Of a DNA stretch of 64,000 nucleotides, positions 36,708 to 46,499 are shown piece by piece. The stretch covers positions 3,245-67,244 of the forward strand of contig JAAZIU010000028.1 in NCBI GenBank assembly GCA_012800735.1. The letters run 5' to 3'. A program made the translations under genes and the position numbers. Origin of the DNA: Clostridiales bacterium (GTDB taxonomy: Bacteria; Bacillota; Clostridia; Oscillospirales; CAG-272). How positions within the stretch are numbered: position 1 is the first letter of the stretch; every line of letters starts with the position of its first letter. The notes beneath the pieces were generated by a model, which was given only the letters and a program-made list of their open reading frames with translations, did no database searches and was not told the DNA's origin.

Positions 36708-37796
36708 AAGGGTCGCTATTATCTCACACAGCCTCGGAAAGGTTATCCCCGCGGCCTTTGCTGCGGTGGGAATAAGGCTGGTGTCGGTCATGCCGGGGGA
36801 GGTGTTAACCTCAAGGGTGACTATCCGACCGGTCGATTCTTCGTATATCATGTCGGTGCGGCTGTAACCGCGAAGCCCTAAGGTACGGTGAACGGTCTCG
36901 GCGATTTTCGCGGCTCTTTGCGCTATGTCTTCGGGAATTTCGGCGGGGCAGATTTCCGCCGTCGCACCCGCCTGGTATTTGTTTACGTAGTCGTATCCGC
37001 CGACGCGCGGGATTATCTCAACCACGGGCAGGGCGCGCGCCCTGCGGGTGTCCGGGTCTTCGAGCACGCCTACCGTCAGCTCGCGGCCGGGGATGAATTT
37101 TTCGGCGATAAAATCGGATTGATATTTCTCGGCGAGCGCTATCGCCGCATTCAGCTCATATTCGCGGCGGACTATCGTAACTCCGCAGGAAGAGCCGCCG
37201 GTAAGCGGCTTTATAACGCAGGGGATTCCGATTTCGCGCAGGATTTTTTCGGCGCGGCCGTTGTGGTTTGAGTATTTGCCGCCGCCGTATTCGTCGGCGC
37301 CGGCGTTTTGATTATTGCCGTCAAAGCGCAGCCAGTCGGCGGTGTCAACTCCGGCAAAGCGGAGGAGGCGTTTGGTTATGTCTTTGTCGAGTGCGATTCC
37401 GGCTGCTGTGTGTCCCGAACCGGTGTAGCGGATGCCGAAGCAGTCGAGGGCGGCCTGAATCTGCCCGCCTTCCCCCTCGCCGCCGTGAAGCGCGATGAAT
37501 ACGACGTCGGCGCGGCGGCAGACGTCGATAACTCCGCGTCCGATGACAGAGCGGTCGCCGGGGGCGCGGTATTTTGCGCGCACTTCGTCAAGATTAGGTT
37601 CCGTTTTGGCAATAGACGGCACCGGGGATGGGTCTGTCGTAAAATTGGCGCTCGCGGGGTTATCGATTCCGGCGAAGGAATCGACGAGGGCGACGTGGTG
37701 TCCTAAGGTTTTAAGGGCGTTTGCGACAAGGGCGCCGGAGCGCAGCGAGACGTCCCGCTCCGGGCTGATGCCGCCGCATAATACGGTTATGTTCAT
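36702..37796 (-). CDS. ddl: D-alanine--D-alanine ligase
   Basis: MNITVLCGGISPERDVSLRSG.., with ATP-grasp motifs. Confidence 0.9.
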   Translation of the reverse strand: MNITVLCGGISPERDVSLRSGALVANALKTLGHHVALVDSFAGIDNPASANFTTDPSPVPSIAKTEPNLDEVRAKYRAPGDRSVIGRGVIDVCRRADVVFIALHGGEGEGGQIQAALDCFGIRYTGSGHTAAGIALDKDITKRLLRFAGVDTADWLRFDGNNQNAGADEYGGGKYSNHNGRAEKILREIGIPCVIKPLTGGSSCGVTIVRREYELNAAIALAEKYQSDFIAEKFIPGRELTVGVLEDPDTRRARALPVVEIIPRVGGYDYVNKYQAGATAEICPAEIPEDIAQRAAKIAETVHRTLGLRGYSRTDMIYEESTGRIVTLEVNTSPGMTDTSLIPTAAKAAGITFPRLCEIIATLE

Positions 37797-37874
37797 GTGT
37801 CGATTTATTTACTCTTTTTTCGTTATGATGGTTTCGTGTTTCCGCCGCGGTATTCGCCGCGGTTTTTTATCGCC

Positions 37875-39230
37875 TTATTTTTTCTTTATATCCTTCTGAA
37901 CGGCAACTCCGATGAGGTCGTAATCAAGGACTTCGGTTATCTTCACCCGGACGAAATCGCCCTCTTTCGGGCGGCGTTTCGCCGTGAAGTAGATTTTTCC
38001 GTCGATTTCCGGCGCGTCGGCGTAACTGCGGCCGTAGCAGCTTTCGGCGACGGGGTCCCAGCCCTCGTAAAGAACTTCGATGGTCTGACCGACCTTTTTT
38101 TCGTTCAGCTCTTCGTTTATTTCGTATTGGAGCTGCATTATCTTGTCGAGGCGGTCCTGCTTTGTCTGCTCGTCTGTCTGATCCGGGAAGTCGGCGGCGG
38201 GGGTGCCTTCCTCGCGGCTGTACGCGAACGCGCCGAAGCGGTCGAATTTCGTCTCCTCGATGAAATCGCAGAGCTCGTAAAAATCTTCTTCCTGCTCGCC
38301 GGGGAATCCGACGATGGCGGTGGTGCGGATAATCATATCCGGACCTATCGCGCGGAGCTTCGCAACGGCGTTCCGAACTGCGTCTTCACCGCCGTGGCGG
38401 TTCATCCGGCGGAGGATGTCTTTGTTTATATGCTGTATCGGAATGTCGATGTAGCGGAGCAGGCGGGGGTTTTCCCGGAATTCCCGGAGAAGTCCGTCGG
38501 TGATTTTGTCGGGGTAGCAGTAGAGCAGCCGTATCCACGGAATTTCCGTCTCCGCCGTGATTTGCCGGATCAGCTCGTCGAGACGGTATTCGCCGTAGAT
38601 GTCGAGGCCGTAGCGGGTGGTGTCCTGCGCGACTAAAATAAGCTCTCGGACGCCTAATTCTTCAAGCTCTTTGGCTTCATGTATTATGTCTTCGATTTTG
38701 CGGGAGCGGAAGCGGCCGCGCAGCGCCGGGATGGCGCAGTAGGTGCAGCGGCTGTCGCAGCCCTCGGCAATCTTAAGGTAAGCCGTGTATTCCGGCGTAG
38801 TCACGACGCGCTCGCCGCCTAAGGGACATTCGTCGACCGGCTCAAAGCTCTTGTATTCCTTCCCGCGCAGAACCGCGTCGACGGCGTCTTTTATCTTATG
38901 TATCGACCCGACGCCGAGCAGCGCGTCGACTTCGGGAAGCTCCTCCATAATCGAATCGCGGTAGCGCTCGGCGAGGCAGCCGGTGACGATTATCGCCTTG
39001 AGGCTGCGGTTTTTCTTCAGCCACGCGACGTCGAGGATGTTGTCTATCGACTCCTGCTTTGCCGGCGTTATGAAGGCGCAGGTGTTTATCAGCATGACGT
39101 CGGCTTCGTAGTCGTTTGCGACGAGCTCATATCCGGCGTCGACAAGTTCTCTGAGCATGACGTCGGTATCTATCTGATTTTTCGGGCATCCCAGCGAAAG
39201 GAAGCCGATTTTCGGTTTTTTATCTGACAT
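37875..39230 (-). CDS. rimO: Ribosomal protein S12 methylthiotransferase
   Basis: KIGFLSLGCPKNQIDTD, radical-SAM CDSRCTYC, and a C-terminal TRAM domain. Start ATG 39230 follows a GGAG RBS. Confidence 0.85.
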   Translation of the reverse strand: MSDKKPKIGFLSLGCPKNQIDTDVMLRELVDAGYELVANDYEADVMLINTCAFITPAKQESIDNILDVAWLKKNRSLKAIIVTGCLAERYRDSIMEELPEVDALLGVGSIHKIKDAVDAVLRGKEYKSFEPVDECPLGGERVVTTPEYTAYLKIAEGCDSRCTYCAIPALRGRFRSRKIEDIIHEAKELEELGVRELILVAQDTTRYGLDIYGEYRLDELIRQITAETEIPWIRLLYCYPDKITDGLLREFRENPRLLRYIDIPIQHINKDILRRMNRHGGEDAVRNAVAKLRAIGPDMIIRTTAIVGFPGEQEEDFYELCDFIEETKFDRFGAFAYSREEGTPAADFPDQTDEQTKQDRLDKIMQLQYEINEELNEKKVGQTIEVLYEGWDPVAESCYGRSYADAPEIDGKIYFTAKRRPKEGDFVRVKITEVLDYDLIGVAVQKDIKKK

Positions 39231-39513
39231 AGTACGCTCCAAAACGTTAAAAAAGTTCAAACATAGTTATTATATCATGCAATGCGGGTTGGATAAACGG
39301 TTTATTGTAAATAAACGATTTATTGTAAATATTTGGGGGATTTTTTCTCCGCATCTTCCGGATAACAGCGATTAATTCACGAATTTCGCTTTACAAACGA
39401 GGAGAATTATAGTATAATATATCCTGAATAGTTATCCTCTTGTGCCGGTTGGTTTCGGCTTTGCCGGCGGGCGGGGGAAATCCGAAAAAATTATATGTGT
39501 CAAAAATCCGATT

Positions 39514-40533
39514 ATGAACGAAAATAAGTATAAAACTACAATAAACGAAGCCGCGGAGGCGCTCAAAACAAAGCTTTCCGCCGCGGGCGCCGCCGCATTT
39601 GAGAAGATAAAAGCGGCAAAAGAGAAACGGACGGAGGTCTGTCCGGTATGCCGCAGCGCCGATTTCTGCTCCGAACGGGAAAAATGTCTTGCCGAGTCGC
39701 GCGGCCGTCCCTGCTGCGAGACGAGCACCCGCTTTGAGCAGCTGATGTGCGTCCTCGTCCGCGGCGCGCACGAAGTTCTGCGCGATATAAACGCGATACG
39801 CCGCCGCGACCCCGCCGCGACTTCGATTGCGGAGGTGCTGACTTATGCCGGTCTTCACGCGCTGCTGCTGCATCGCGTCGCGCACGCACTCTATCTGCGC
39901 GGCGACAAATTTCCGGCAAGGGTTGTCTCGCAGCTTTCCCGCTTTTTTACCGGCATCGAGATACACCCCGGCGCGAAGATAGGCAAGGGGCTGTTCATCG
40001 ACCACGGTTCCGGCGTCGTTATCGGCGAGACCAGCGAGATCGGGGACAACTGCACCATCTATCAGGGCGTCACCCTCGGCGGTACCGGCAAGGAGACCGG
40101 CAAGCGCCATCCGACGCTCGGCAACAACGTAATGGTCGGCACCGGCGCGAAGGTGTTAGGTCCGATGAAGATAGGCGACAATGTAAAAATCGCCGCCAAC
40201 GCGGTGGTACTTACCGAGATTCCGGAAAATTCGACCGCCGTCGGCATTCCGGCGCGGGTCGTCCGACGCGACAACCGCAAGGTCGACCCCTTCGACCAGA
40301 CCCGCACTCCCGACCCGCTGTCGCAGGAAATCTGCCGCCTGAATGTGCGGCTGGAAGCGCTCCGCCGCACCGTTGAGGAGATTGAAAGCGTCCTTGCCGC
40401 AACGGAGGAGGAAAAGTCCGCTATTCCGGTTTCGAAGAAACCGAAGAAGTCGAAGAAGCCGAAAAAAGAGGAAATTTCATCCGCCGCGGAAGAGGAAGTT
40501 CCTGATTTAGTCCCGGTTTCAAAGGACGAATAA
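39514..40533 (+). CDS. cysE: Serine O-acetyltransferase
   Basis: RRDPAATSIAEVLTY.GLHALLLHRVAH, then hexapeptide repeats GIEIHPGAKIGKGLFIDHGSGVVIGET..GVTLGGTG. The start is uncertain. ATG 39514 would add a 77-aa Cys-rich extension; the in-frame ATG 39745 would give a canonical short CysE. Confidence 0.85.
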   Translation: MNENKYKTTINEAAEALKTKLSAAGAAAFEKIKAAKEKRTEVCPVCRSADFCSEREKCLAESRGRPCCETSTRFEQLMCVLVRGAHEVLRDINAIRRRDPAATSIAEVLTYAGLHALLLHRVAHALYLRGDKFPARVVSQLSRFFTGIEIHPGAKIGKGLFIDHGSGVVIGETSEIGDNCTIYQGVTLGGTGKETGKRHPTLGNNVMVGTGAKVLGPMKIGDNVKIAANAVVLTEIPENSTAVGIPARVVRRDNRKVDPFDQTRTPDPLSQEICRLNVRLEALRRTVEEIESVLAATEEEKSAIPVSKKPKKSKKPKKEEISSAAEEEVPDLVPVSKDE

Positions 40534-40584
40534 CGCATATTCCGACATATAAAACTTAAAAGACAGATTTAAAAGGACAGATAT

Positions 40585-41988
40585 ATGGCTATCAGATTTT
40601 ACAACACCCTGACCCGCTCGAAAGAGGATTTTGCCCCGCTTGAGGGGAATACCGTCCGCATCTACTCCTGCGGTCCGACCGTCTATTCCTACGCGCACAT
40701 CGGCAATATGCGCACTTACATTTTCATGGACAGCCTTCGCCGGGTGCTGAAGCGCGGCGGGTATGACCTGCTTCACGTCATGAACATCACCGATGTCGGA
40801 CACCTTACCGACGACGGCGACGACGGCGAGGACAAGTTAGAAGTCGCGTCGAGGGAGCAGAAGAAAACCCCGTGGGAGATCGCCGAATATTACACCGACG
40901 TCTTCATGCGCGACGTCGACGCGCTGCACATCAGCCGCCCCGAAATTATCGCCAAAGCGACCGACAACATCGGCGAGATGATCGAGTTTGTAAAGGAGCT
41001 TTGCGACGGCGGGTTCGGCTACGAAATTTCCGACGGCATTTACTATGATATCAGCAAATTCCCCGAATACGGAATGCTTTCCCGGCTCAAGCTTGACGAC
41101 CAATTGAGCGGCGCGAGGGTTGAGGTGAACTCGGAGAAGCGGAATCCCGCCGACTTCGCGCTCTGGAAGAAAGCGCCGAAAGAGCATATAATGCAGTGGC
41201 CGAGTCCTTGGGGAATGGGTTATCCCGGCTGGCATATCGAGTGTTCCGCCATGGGGCTGAAATATTTAGGCGCGCGGTTTGATATCCACACCGGAGGCGT
41301 TGACCACATCCCGGTGCATCATGAAAACGAAATCGCCCAAGGCTGGGGCTGCTGCGGCGAGATTCCGGCGGCGTTCTGGCTGCACGGCGAATTTATGCTC
41401 GTCGACGGCGGCAAGATGTCGAAATCGCTGGGCAACACATACACGATAGCGCAGCTTGCCGAGATGGGATACAGTCCGCTCGATTTCCGTTATCTCTGCT
41501 TCAACTCGCATTATCGGCAGAAGCTGAATTTCACTTTTGAGGGGATGGACGGCGCGAAGCGCAGCCTCGCGAACCTTCGCCGCGCAGTTTCGGCGCATAA
41601 GGGAGCCGGGGAGGATTTCGACCGCGCCCGGCTGGATGAGCTGAAAGCCGAATTTGACGAGTCGGTGTTCGACGACCTAAATATCCCCCGCGCTTTAGGC
41701 GCTGTCTGGGGGATGGCGAAGCTCGACGGCAAAAACGACGAGATTTTCAGGGCGATAGTTGACGCCGACACGATTCTCGCGCTCGACCTTGACAAAGAGC
41801 CGGAAGAAGAAGCCGGATCAGACGCCGCCGACCCGGAAGCCGACGAGATAAACGCTCTCGTCGCCGAAAGGACCGCCGCGAAGAAGGCGAAAAACTACGC
41901 CGAAGCGGATCGGATAAGGGACGAACTCGCTTTAAGGGGCATCCGCCTCACCGACACCCCCGAGGGGACGACATGGAAGCGCGAATAA
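40585..41988 (+). CDS. cysS: Cysteine--tRNA ligase
   Basis: HIGN (YAHIGNMR) and KMSKS motifs; 467 aa. Confidence 0.92.
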   Translation: MAIRFYNTLTRSKEDFAPLEGNTVRIYSCGPTVYSYAHIGNMRTYIFMDSLRRVLKRGGYDLLHVMNITDVGHLTDDGDDGEDKLEVASREQKKTPWEIAEYYTDVFMRDVDALHISRPEIIAKATDNIGEMIEFVKELCDGGFGYEISDGIYYDISKFPEYGMLSRLKLDDQLSGARVEVNSEKRNPADFALWKKAPKEHIMQWPSPWGMGYPGWHIECSAMGLKYLGARFDIHTGGVDHIPVHHENEIAQGWGCCGEIPAAFWLHGEFMLVDGGKMSKSLGNTYTIAQLAEMGYSPLDFRYLCFNSHYRQKLNFTFEGMDGAKRSLANLRRAVSAHKGAGEDFDRARLDELKAEFDESVFDDLNIPRALGAVWGMAKLDGKNDEIFRAIVDADTILALDLDKEPEEEAGSDAADPEADEINALVAERTAAKKAKNYAEADRIRDELALRGIRLTDTPEGTTWKRE

Positions 41989-42770
41989 GCCCGGATGACG
42001 ATAAAAAGTATATAAACGATACCGAAGAAAACCTCCGGACACCGCCGGACAGCCGCGAAGACAGCGGCGAAAAAAAGTATATAATCCCCGAATGGCTCAG
42101 CCGCACCCGCGCGATGTTAGGCGACGCGGCGATATCCCGCCTTATGAGCGCGACGGTGCTTGTCGCCGGTCTCGGCGGCGTCGGAGGGCATTGCGTTGAA
42201 GCGCTCGCCCGCGCCGGGATTGGGAATATCAGCGTCTGCGATTGCGATGTTTTTGATGAGACGAATCTAAATCGGCAGCTTCTGGCTACCCGCGAAAACA
42301 TAGGCAGGAGCAAGGCACTTGTCGCGGCGGAGCGGATTCGTTCGATAAATCCCGACTGCCGCGTTACCGTGATAAACGAGCGGATAACGGCGGAGAATGC
42401 CGCCGCCGTAATCGGCGGCGCTTCCTGGGTTCTTGACTGCATCGACGACGTCGGTGGCAAGCTCGCCCTTATTTCCGCCGCGGCGGAGTCGGGCGCAGCG
42501 ATTGTCAGCTGCATGGGAACCGGCAACAAGCTTGACCCCTCCCGCTTCCGGGTGACGCCGGTCGAAAAAACGCACACCTGCCCGCTTGCGAAGGCGGTTC
42601 GGCTGAAATGCCGCGAAATGAACCTTGACTGTCTCGCCCTCTGGAGCGACGAGCCGCCGATGAGGAGCGATATCGGCGTTCCAATGTCGAACAGTTGGGT
42701 ACCGGCGGCCGCCGGGCTTATGATGGCGGGTCACGCGATACTCGGCATCTCCGGCGGAAGAAATAATTAA
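41973..42770 (+). CDS. tcdA: tRNA threonylcarbamoyladenosine dehydratase (ThiF/E1-like)
   Basis: LVAGLGGVGGHCVEALARAGIG..DCDVFDETNLNRQ. Confidence 0.75.
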   Translation: MEARISPDDDKKYINDTEENLRTPPDSREDSGEKKYIIPEWLSRTRAMLGDAAISRLMSATVLVAGLGGVGGHCVEALARAGIGNISVCDCDVFDETNLNRQLLATRENIGRSKALVAAERIRSINPDCRVTVINERITAENAAAVIGGASWVLDCIDDVGGKLALISAAAESGAAIVSCMGTGNKLDPSRFRVTPVEKTHTCPLAKAVRLKCREMNLDCLALWSDEPPMRSDIGVPMSNSWVPAAAGLMMAGHAILGISGGRNN

Positions 42771-42869
42771 ATAATGTATATATTGCGGCGTTTCGCGTGA
42801 AACATTCCGTAAAAATATAAATTCGTTCAAACGGGTAGACACCCCGAAATATAAGAGAAATAATATATA

Positions 42870-44042
42870 ATGTCAGACAAAAAGAAAAAAGAAAAGAACC
42901 CGCGTCTTGCGACCGTCGGCGGTCAGGCCGTCATCGAAGGCGTAATGATGCGGGGCGGCGACAACTTAGCCGTCGCCAGCCGTCTGCCGGACGGTTCGAT
43001 TAAAATCACAAAATCCCGCTGGCAGAGCATCAGGAAAAAGTATAAAATTCTGAATATCCCGCTCATTCGCGGCGCTGTCAACTTCGTCGAGATGATGATA
43101 CTCAGCTATAAAACGCTCAGCGTTTCCGCCGAAGCGCTGGGAATTGACGAAATTGAGCCGGAAAGCAAATTTGAAAAGTGGCTTGACCGCAAACTCGGCA
43201 GTAAAATTGTCGGCGTTATAATGGGAATTGCGTCGGTTTTAGGCGTCGGCATCGGGCTTTTGCTCTTTATGTGGCTGCCGGTATTTCTGACCCGCATCCT
43301 CGACACGGCTGTCGGCGGCGGACTCGGATTTTTCAAAAACCTGATAGAGGGCGTTGTGAAGATACTCATTTTCGTCCTGTATCTCTGGGGCGTCTCGCAT
43401 ATGAGCGACATCAAGCGGGTTTTCATGTACCACGGCGCCGAACATAAATCGATATTCTGCTACGAAAAAGGGCTGCCGCTGACGGTCGAAAACGTGGCGG
43501 CGCAGAGCCGCTTTCACCCGCGGTGCGGCACCAGCTTTCTCTTTGTCATGCTGCTGCTTTCGATACTTATCTATTCGCTGCCGATAGTTCCGTGGGACAA
43601 TACCTTGCTGCGGATGCTTGCGAAGATAGCGCTGATGCCGGTTATAGTCGGTATCGGCTTTGAGTTCATCATGTTTGCCGGAAAGCACGACAATCTGCTT
43701 ATCCGCGTCCTTTCGGCGCCCGGTCTCTGGATGCAGCGGATAACCACCCGCGAGCCTTCGGCTGATATGATCGAGTGCGGCATTGCCGCGCTGAAATCGG
43801 CTTTGCCCGACAATTTTCCCGGCTACGACCCGGTGAAGAATCCGGATGTTCTGCCGACTGACGGAATCGGCGTGACAGATGAGGACAGGGAACGGTTTGC
43901 GGCGAAAGCCGCCGCTGCTTTGGCTGCCGAAACCGAAACAAGCGCCGAAGATACCGAAGAGCCCGCAGCGGATGGCGATTCGGAAGACATAGCCCCGGAA
44001 CCTGCCGACGCCGGCGAAGACGATGAGCCGGTCATTCAGTAA
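42870..44042 (+). CDS. DUF1385 membrane protein (conserved prmC neighbour)
   Basis: VGGQAVIEGVMMR, YHGAEHK and TM helices. It has an acidic C-terminal tail and overlaps prmC. Confidence 0.8.
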   Translation: MSDKKKKEKNPRLATVGGQAVIEGVMMRGGDNLAVASRLPDGSIKITKSRWQSIRKKYKILNIPLIRGAVNFVEMMILSYKTLSVSAEALGIDEIEPESKFEKWLDRKLGSKIVGVIMGIASVLGVGIGLLLFMWLPVFLTRILDTAVGGGLGFFKNLIEGVVKILIFVLYLWGVSHMSDIKRVFMYHGAEHKSIFCYEKGLPLTVENVAAQSRFHPRCGTSFLFVMLLLSILIYSLPIVPWDNTLLRMLAKIALMPVIVGIGFEFIMFAGKHDNLLIRVLSAPGLWMQRITTREPSADMIECGIAALKSALPDNFPGYDPVKNPDVLPTDGIGVTDEDRERFAAKAAAALAAETETSAEDTEEPAADGDSEDIAPEPADAGEDDEPVIQ

Positions 44043-44865
44043 ACTATCAAAGCAGGACAAGGAACGACTGGTCGAAGTCTTTGGACATGGAGCCGAATTT
44101 GAATCGGCCGTCGCCCGCGCCGAAGCGGGAGAGCCTGTCGCGCTTATAACCGGCGAGCAGGCGTTTTTCCGCGAGAGCTATCTTGTCACGCCGGACACCC
44201 TCATCCCCCGCCCGGATACCGAGCGGGTCGTTGAGGCGGTTCTTTCCGCCCTTCGGGACATTGCCGCCCTGCGGGGCGTCGCCGCCCTTCGGAACGTTGC
44301 CGCCCCTTGGGGCGGGGCGCATTTTCTCGACCTCTGTACCGGAAGCGGCTGTATCGCGATATCCGCCGCAGCGAACACCCCGGCGCGGCTTTCCTCGGTC
44401 ACGGCGGTTGACATTTCCCCCGGCGCGCTTGCCGTGGCTCGGAAAAACGCCGACCGCAACCGCAATAAAGCCGTCAGACCGGAAAATTTCGACGTTTTTT
44501 GTTTTATTGCGGCGGATGTGACAGACAAAGAAGCCGCCGATGAAATCACCCGCGGCAAACATTTTGACGTAATCGCCGCGAACCCGCCTTATATAAAGAC
44601 TGCCGACCTCCAATCGCTTGACGCTTCGGTGAGGGACTTTGAGCCGCTCTGCGCCCTCGACGGCGGAGAGGACGGTTTTCGCTTCTACCGCGCGATAATT
44701 GAGAATTTTTCCCCGGCGCTCGCCGACGGCGGCGTGATGATATTTGAGATCGGCTACGACCAGCGCGAGGGGATTATTGATTTGGCGGAAAAATACGGCT
44801 TTTCCTGCAAGGTGACCCGCGACTGGGGAGGGAATGACCGGGTTGCGGAGATGAGAAAGAAGTAA
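44023..44865 (+). CDS. prmC: Release-factor glutamine N5-methyltransferase
   Basis: LIPRPDTE, LDLCTGSGCIA, IAANPPYI. Contains an in-frame 18-nt triple repeat (44251-44304). Confidence 0.88.
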   Translation: MSRSFSKLSKQDKERLVEVFGHGAEFESAVARAEAGEPVALITGEQAFFRESYLVTPDTLIPRPDTERVVEAVLSALRDIAALRGVAALRNVAAPWGGAHFLDLCTGSGCIAISAAANTPARLSSVTAVDISPGALAVARKNADRNRNKAVRPENFDVFCFIAADVTDKEAADEITRGKHFDVIAANPPYIKTADLQSLDASVRDFEPLCALDGGEDGFRFYRAIIENFSPALADGGVMIFEIGYDQREGIIDLAEKYGFSCKVTRDWGGNDRVAEMRKK

Positions 44866-44956
44866 ATATATATAAATTCGCACGCTAAACTCGCGTAAAT
44901 CCGCAAAACGACACAAGTCATTTGATGTAATATAAAAACAGAGGGGGGATATTTAT

Positions 44957-46417
44957 ATGAAAAAAATCAAAATCACAGCGGCGTTTCTGCTCCTCGTCAT
45001 GCTTTTCGGAACTTTCGCCGGCTGCGGCGATTCCGGCGGCGATACGGCCGTTACCACGGCGGCGCTGACCGACGCTCCCGAGGAGACCACCGAAGCGCCT
45101 GTCAAAGCCGACCTGCCCGATGTTGACTATAACGGCGATACTTTCACCGTATATATGCGGGTGAGCGACTGGTTCGCCGCCGACTTCGACGTGGAAGAGA
45201 TTACCGGCGACACCATGGACGACGCGATATTCGAGCGCAATTCAAGAGTCTCAGAGAAGTTCAACATTGTCTTCGAGTTCCTCCGCGACAACGACGATTT
45301 CGGTCTGAACACCGCCCGAACCGCCGTTCTTGCCGGAGATTCGAGTCTTGACCTGTTGCTGCCGCACGCCAGATTCGTATTCCCGTACGCCCTCGAAGGG
45401 CTGCTTTACGACTGGAATACCGACCTTCCTTATATCGACCTCGACAAGCCCTGGTGGAACGACGACGCGCGCGCCGCCTTCTCGCTCTGCAACCGCCTTT
45501 TCGCGATGGTGGGAGATATCAGCTACACCAATTTAGGCTCAACCAAGTGTATGCTCTTCAACAAGAACATCCTCGATCAGTTGGGAATCGAATCGCCGTA
45601 TCCGATGGTAGTTTCCGGAGAATGGACGATGGACAAAATGGCCGAGCTTACCAAAAGCGCGGCGTCCGACCTTAACGGCGACGGCAAGTATGACATCGCC
45701 GACGACCGCTACGGCTACATCACCACCCACTGGAGCGGACCGATACAGGTGCTCTATTCCGCCGATCAGCGCATCGCCCGGAAGGACGAAAACGACCTGC
45801 TTTATCTTACCCTCAACACCGAGACCACCGTCAATGCCTTTGAGAAGTTCTTCGCCATCACCGACGGCGAAGGCGGCTATATTCACTGCCAGGACGACGG
45901 TACTCTCGTAACTAACTGCTTCCGTTCCGGGCGCGCCCTTTTCTACGATGTCAACATCGGAGGGGTAGAGAGCCTGCGCGACATGGACGAGGATTTCGGC
46001 ATTATCCCCTGGCCGAAATATGACGAGACCATCGAAAACTATTACGCCAACGTCGACGCCGGCTGCAACCTCTACATCGTTCCGGTCACAAATCCCGACC
46101 CGGAGCAGGCGTCGGTCATTCTTGAGGCTCTCGCCTATGAGAGCTATCTTACCGTGCTGCCCACCTATTATGACGTGGTGCTGACAACCAAGTTCACCCG
46201 CGACGCCGAATCGGAGGATATGCTCGACATCATCCGCGCCGGCAGAGTATTCGATATCGGCTACTATTTCTTCGACAACTCCAACGACCTGAACAGCGTC
46301 GGCTGGTATCTGACTAAAACCCCCGACCGCAGCTTCGCCTCCGTCTACGCAAAGTATGAGAAGCTGGTTCTGAAACAGTATGAAAAGGTCAACGAGAAAT
46401 TCATGGAACTCGGCTGA
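44957..46417 (+). CDS. Lipoprotein, family-1 solute-binding-protein-like (paralog 7 of 10)
   Basis: Lipobox TFAGCGDS; DKPWWNDD, DLNGDGKYDIADDRYG, FGIIPWPKYDETI. Confidence 0.8.
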   Translation: MKKIKITAAFLLLVMLFGTFAGCGDSGGDTAVTTAALTDAPEETTEAPVKADLPDVDYNGDTFTVYMRVSDWFAADFDVEEITGDTMDDAIFERNSRVSEKFNIVFEFLRDNDDFGLNTARTAVLAGDSSLDLLLPHARFVFPYALEGLLYDWNTDLPYIDLDKPWWNDDARAAFSLCNRLFAMVGDISYTNLGSTKCMLFNKNILDQLGIESPYPMVVSGEWTMDKMAELTKSAASDLNGDGKYDIADDRYGYITTHWSGPIQVLYSADQRIARKDENDLLYLTLNTETTVNAFEKFFAITDGEGGYIHCQDDGTLVTNCFRSGRALFYDVNIGGVESLRDMDEDFGIIPWPKYDETIENYYANVDAGCNLYIVPVTNPDPEQASVILEALAYESYLTVLPTYYDVVLTTKFTRDAESEDMLDIIRAGRVFDIGYYFFDNSNDLNSVGWYLTKTPDRSFASVYAKYEKLVLKQYEKVNEKFMELG

Positions 46418-46499
46418 CGCATCGATTAAAAATAATATATAAATTCATCCGTCAAACCGGCACGGACTCTGCTTTTTTGAGCCGAAAGGAGTTTCTGAT

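Noticed and set aside
39261-39513. T-box riboswitch expected upstream of cysE-cysS
   Set aside because: No T-box consensus or specifier-loop/terminator architecture could be recognised by eye. It is left as an open question in the findings rather than annotated.
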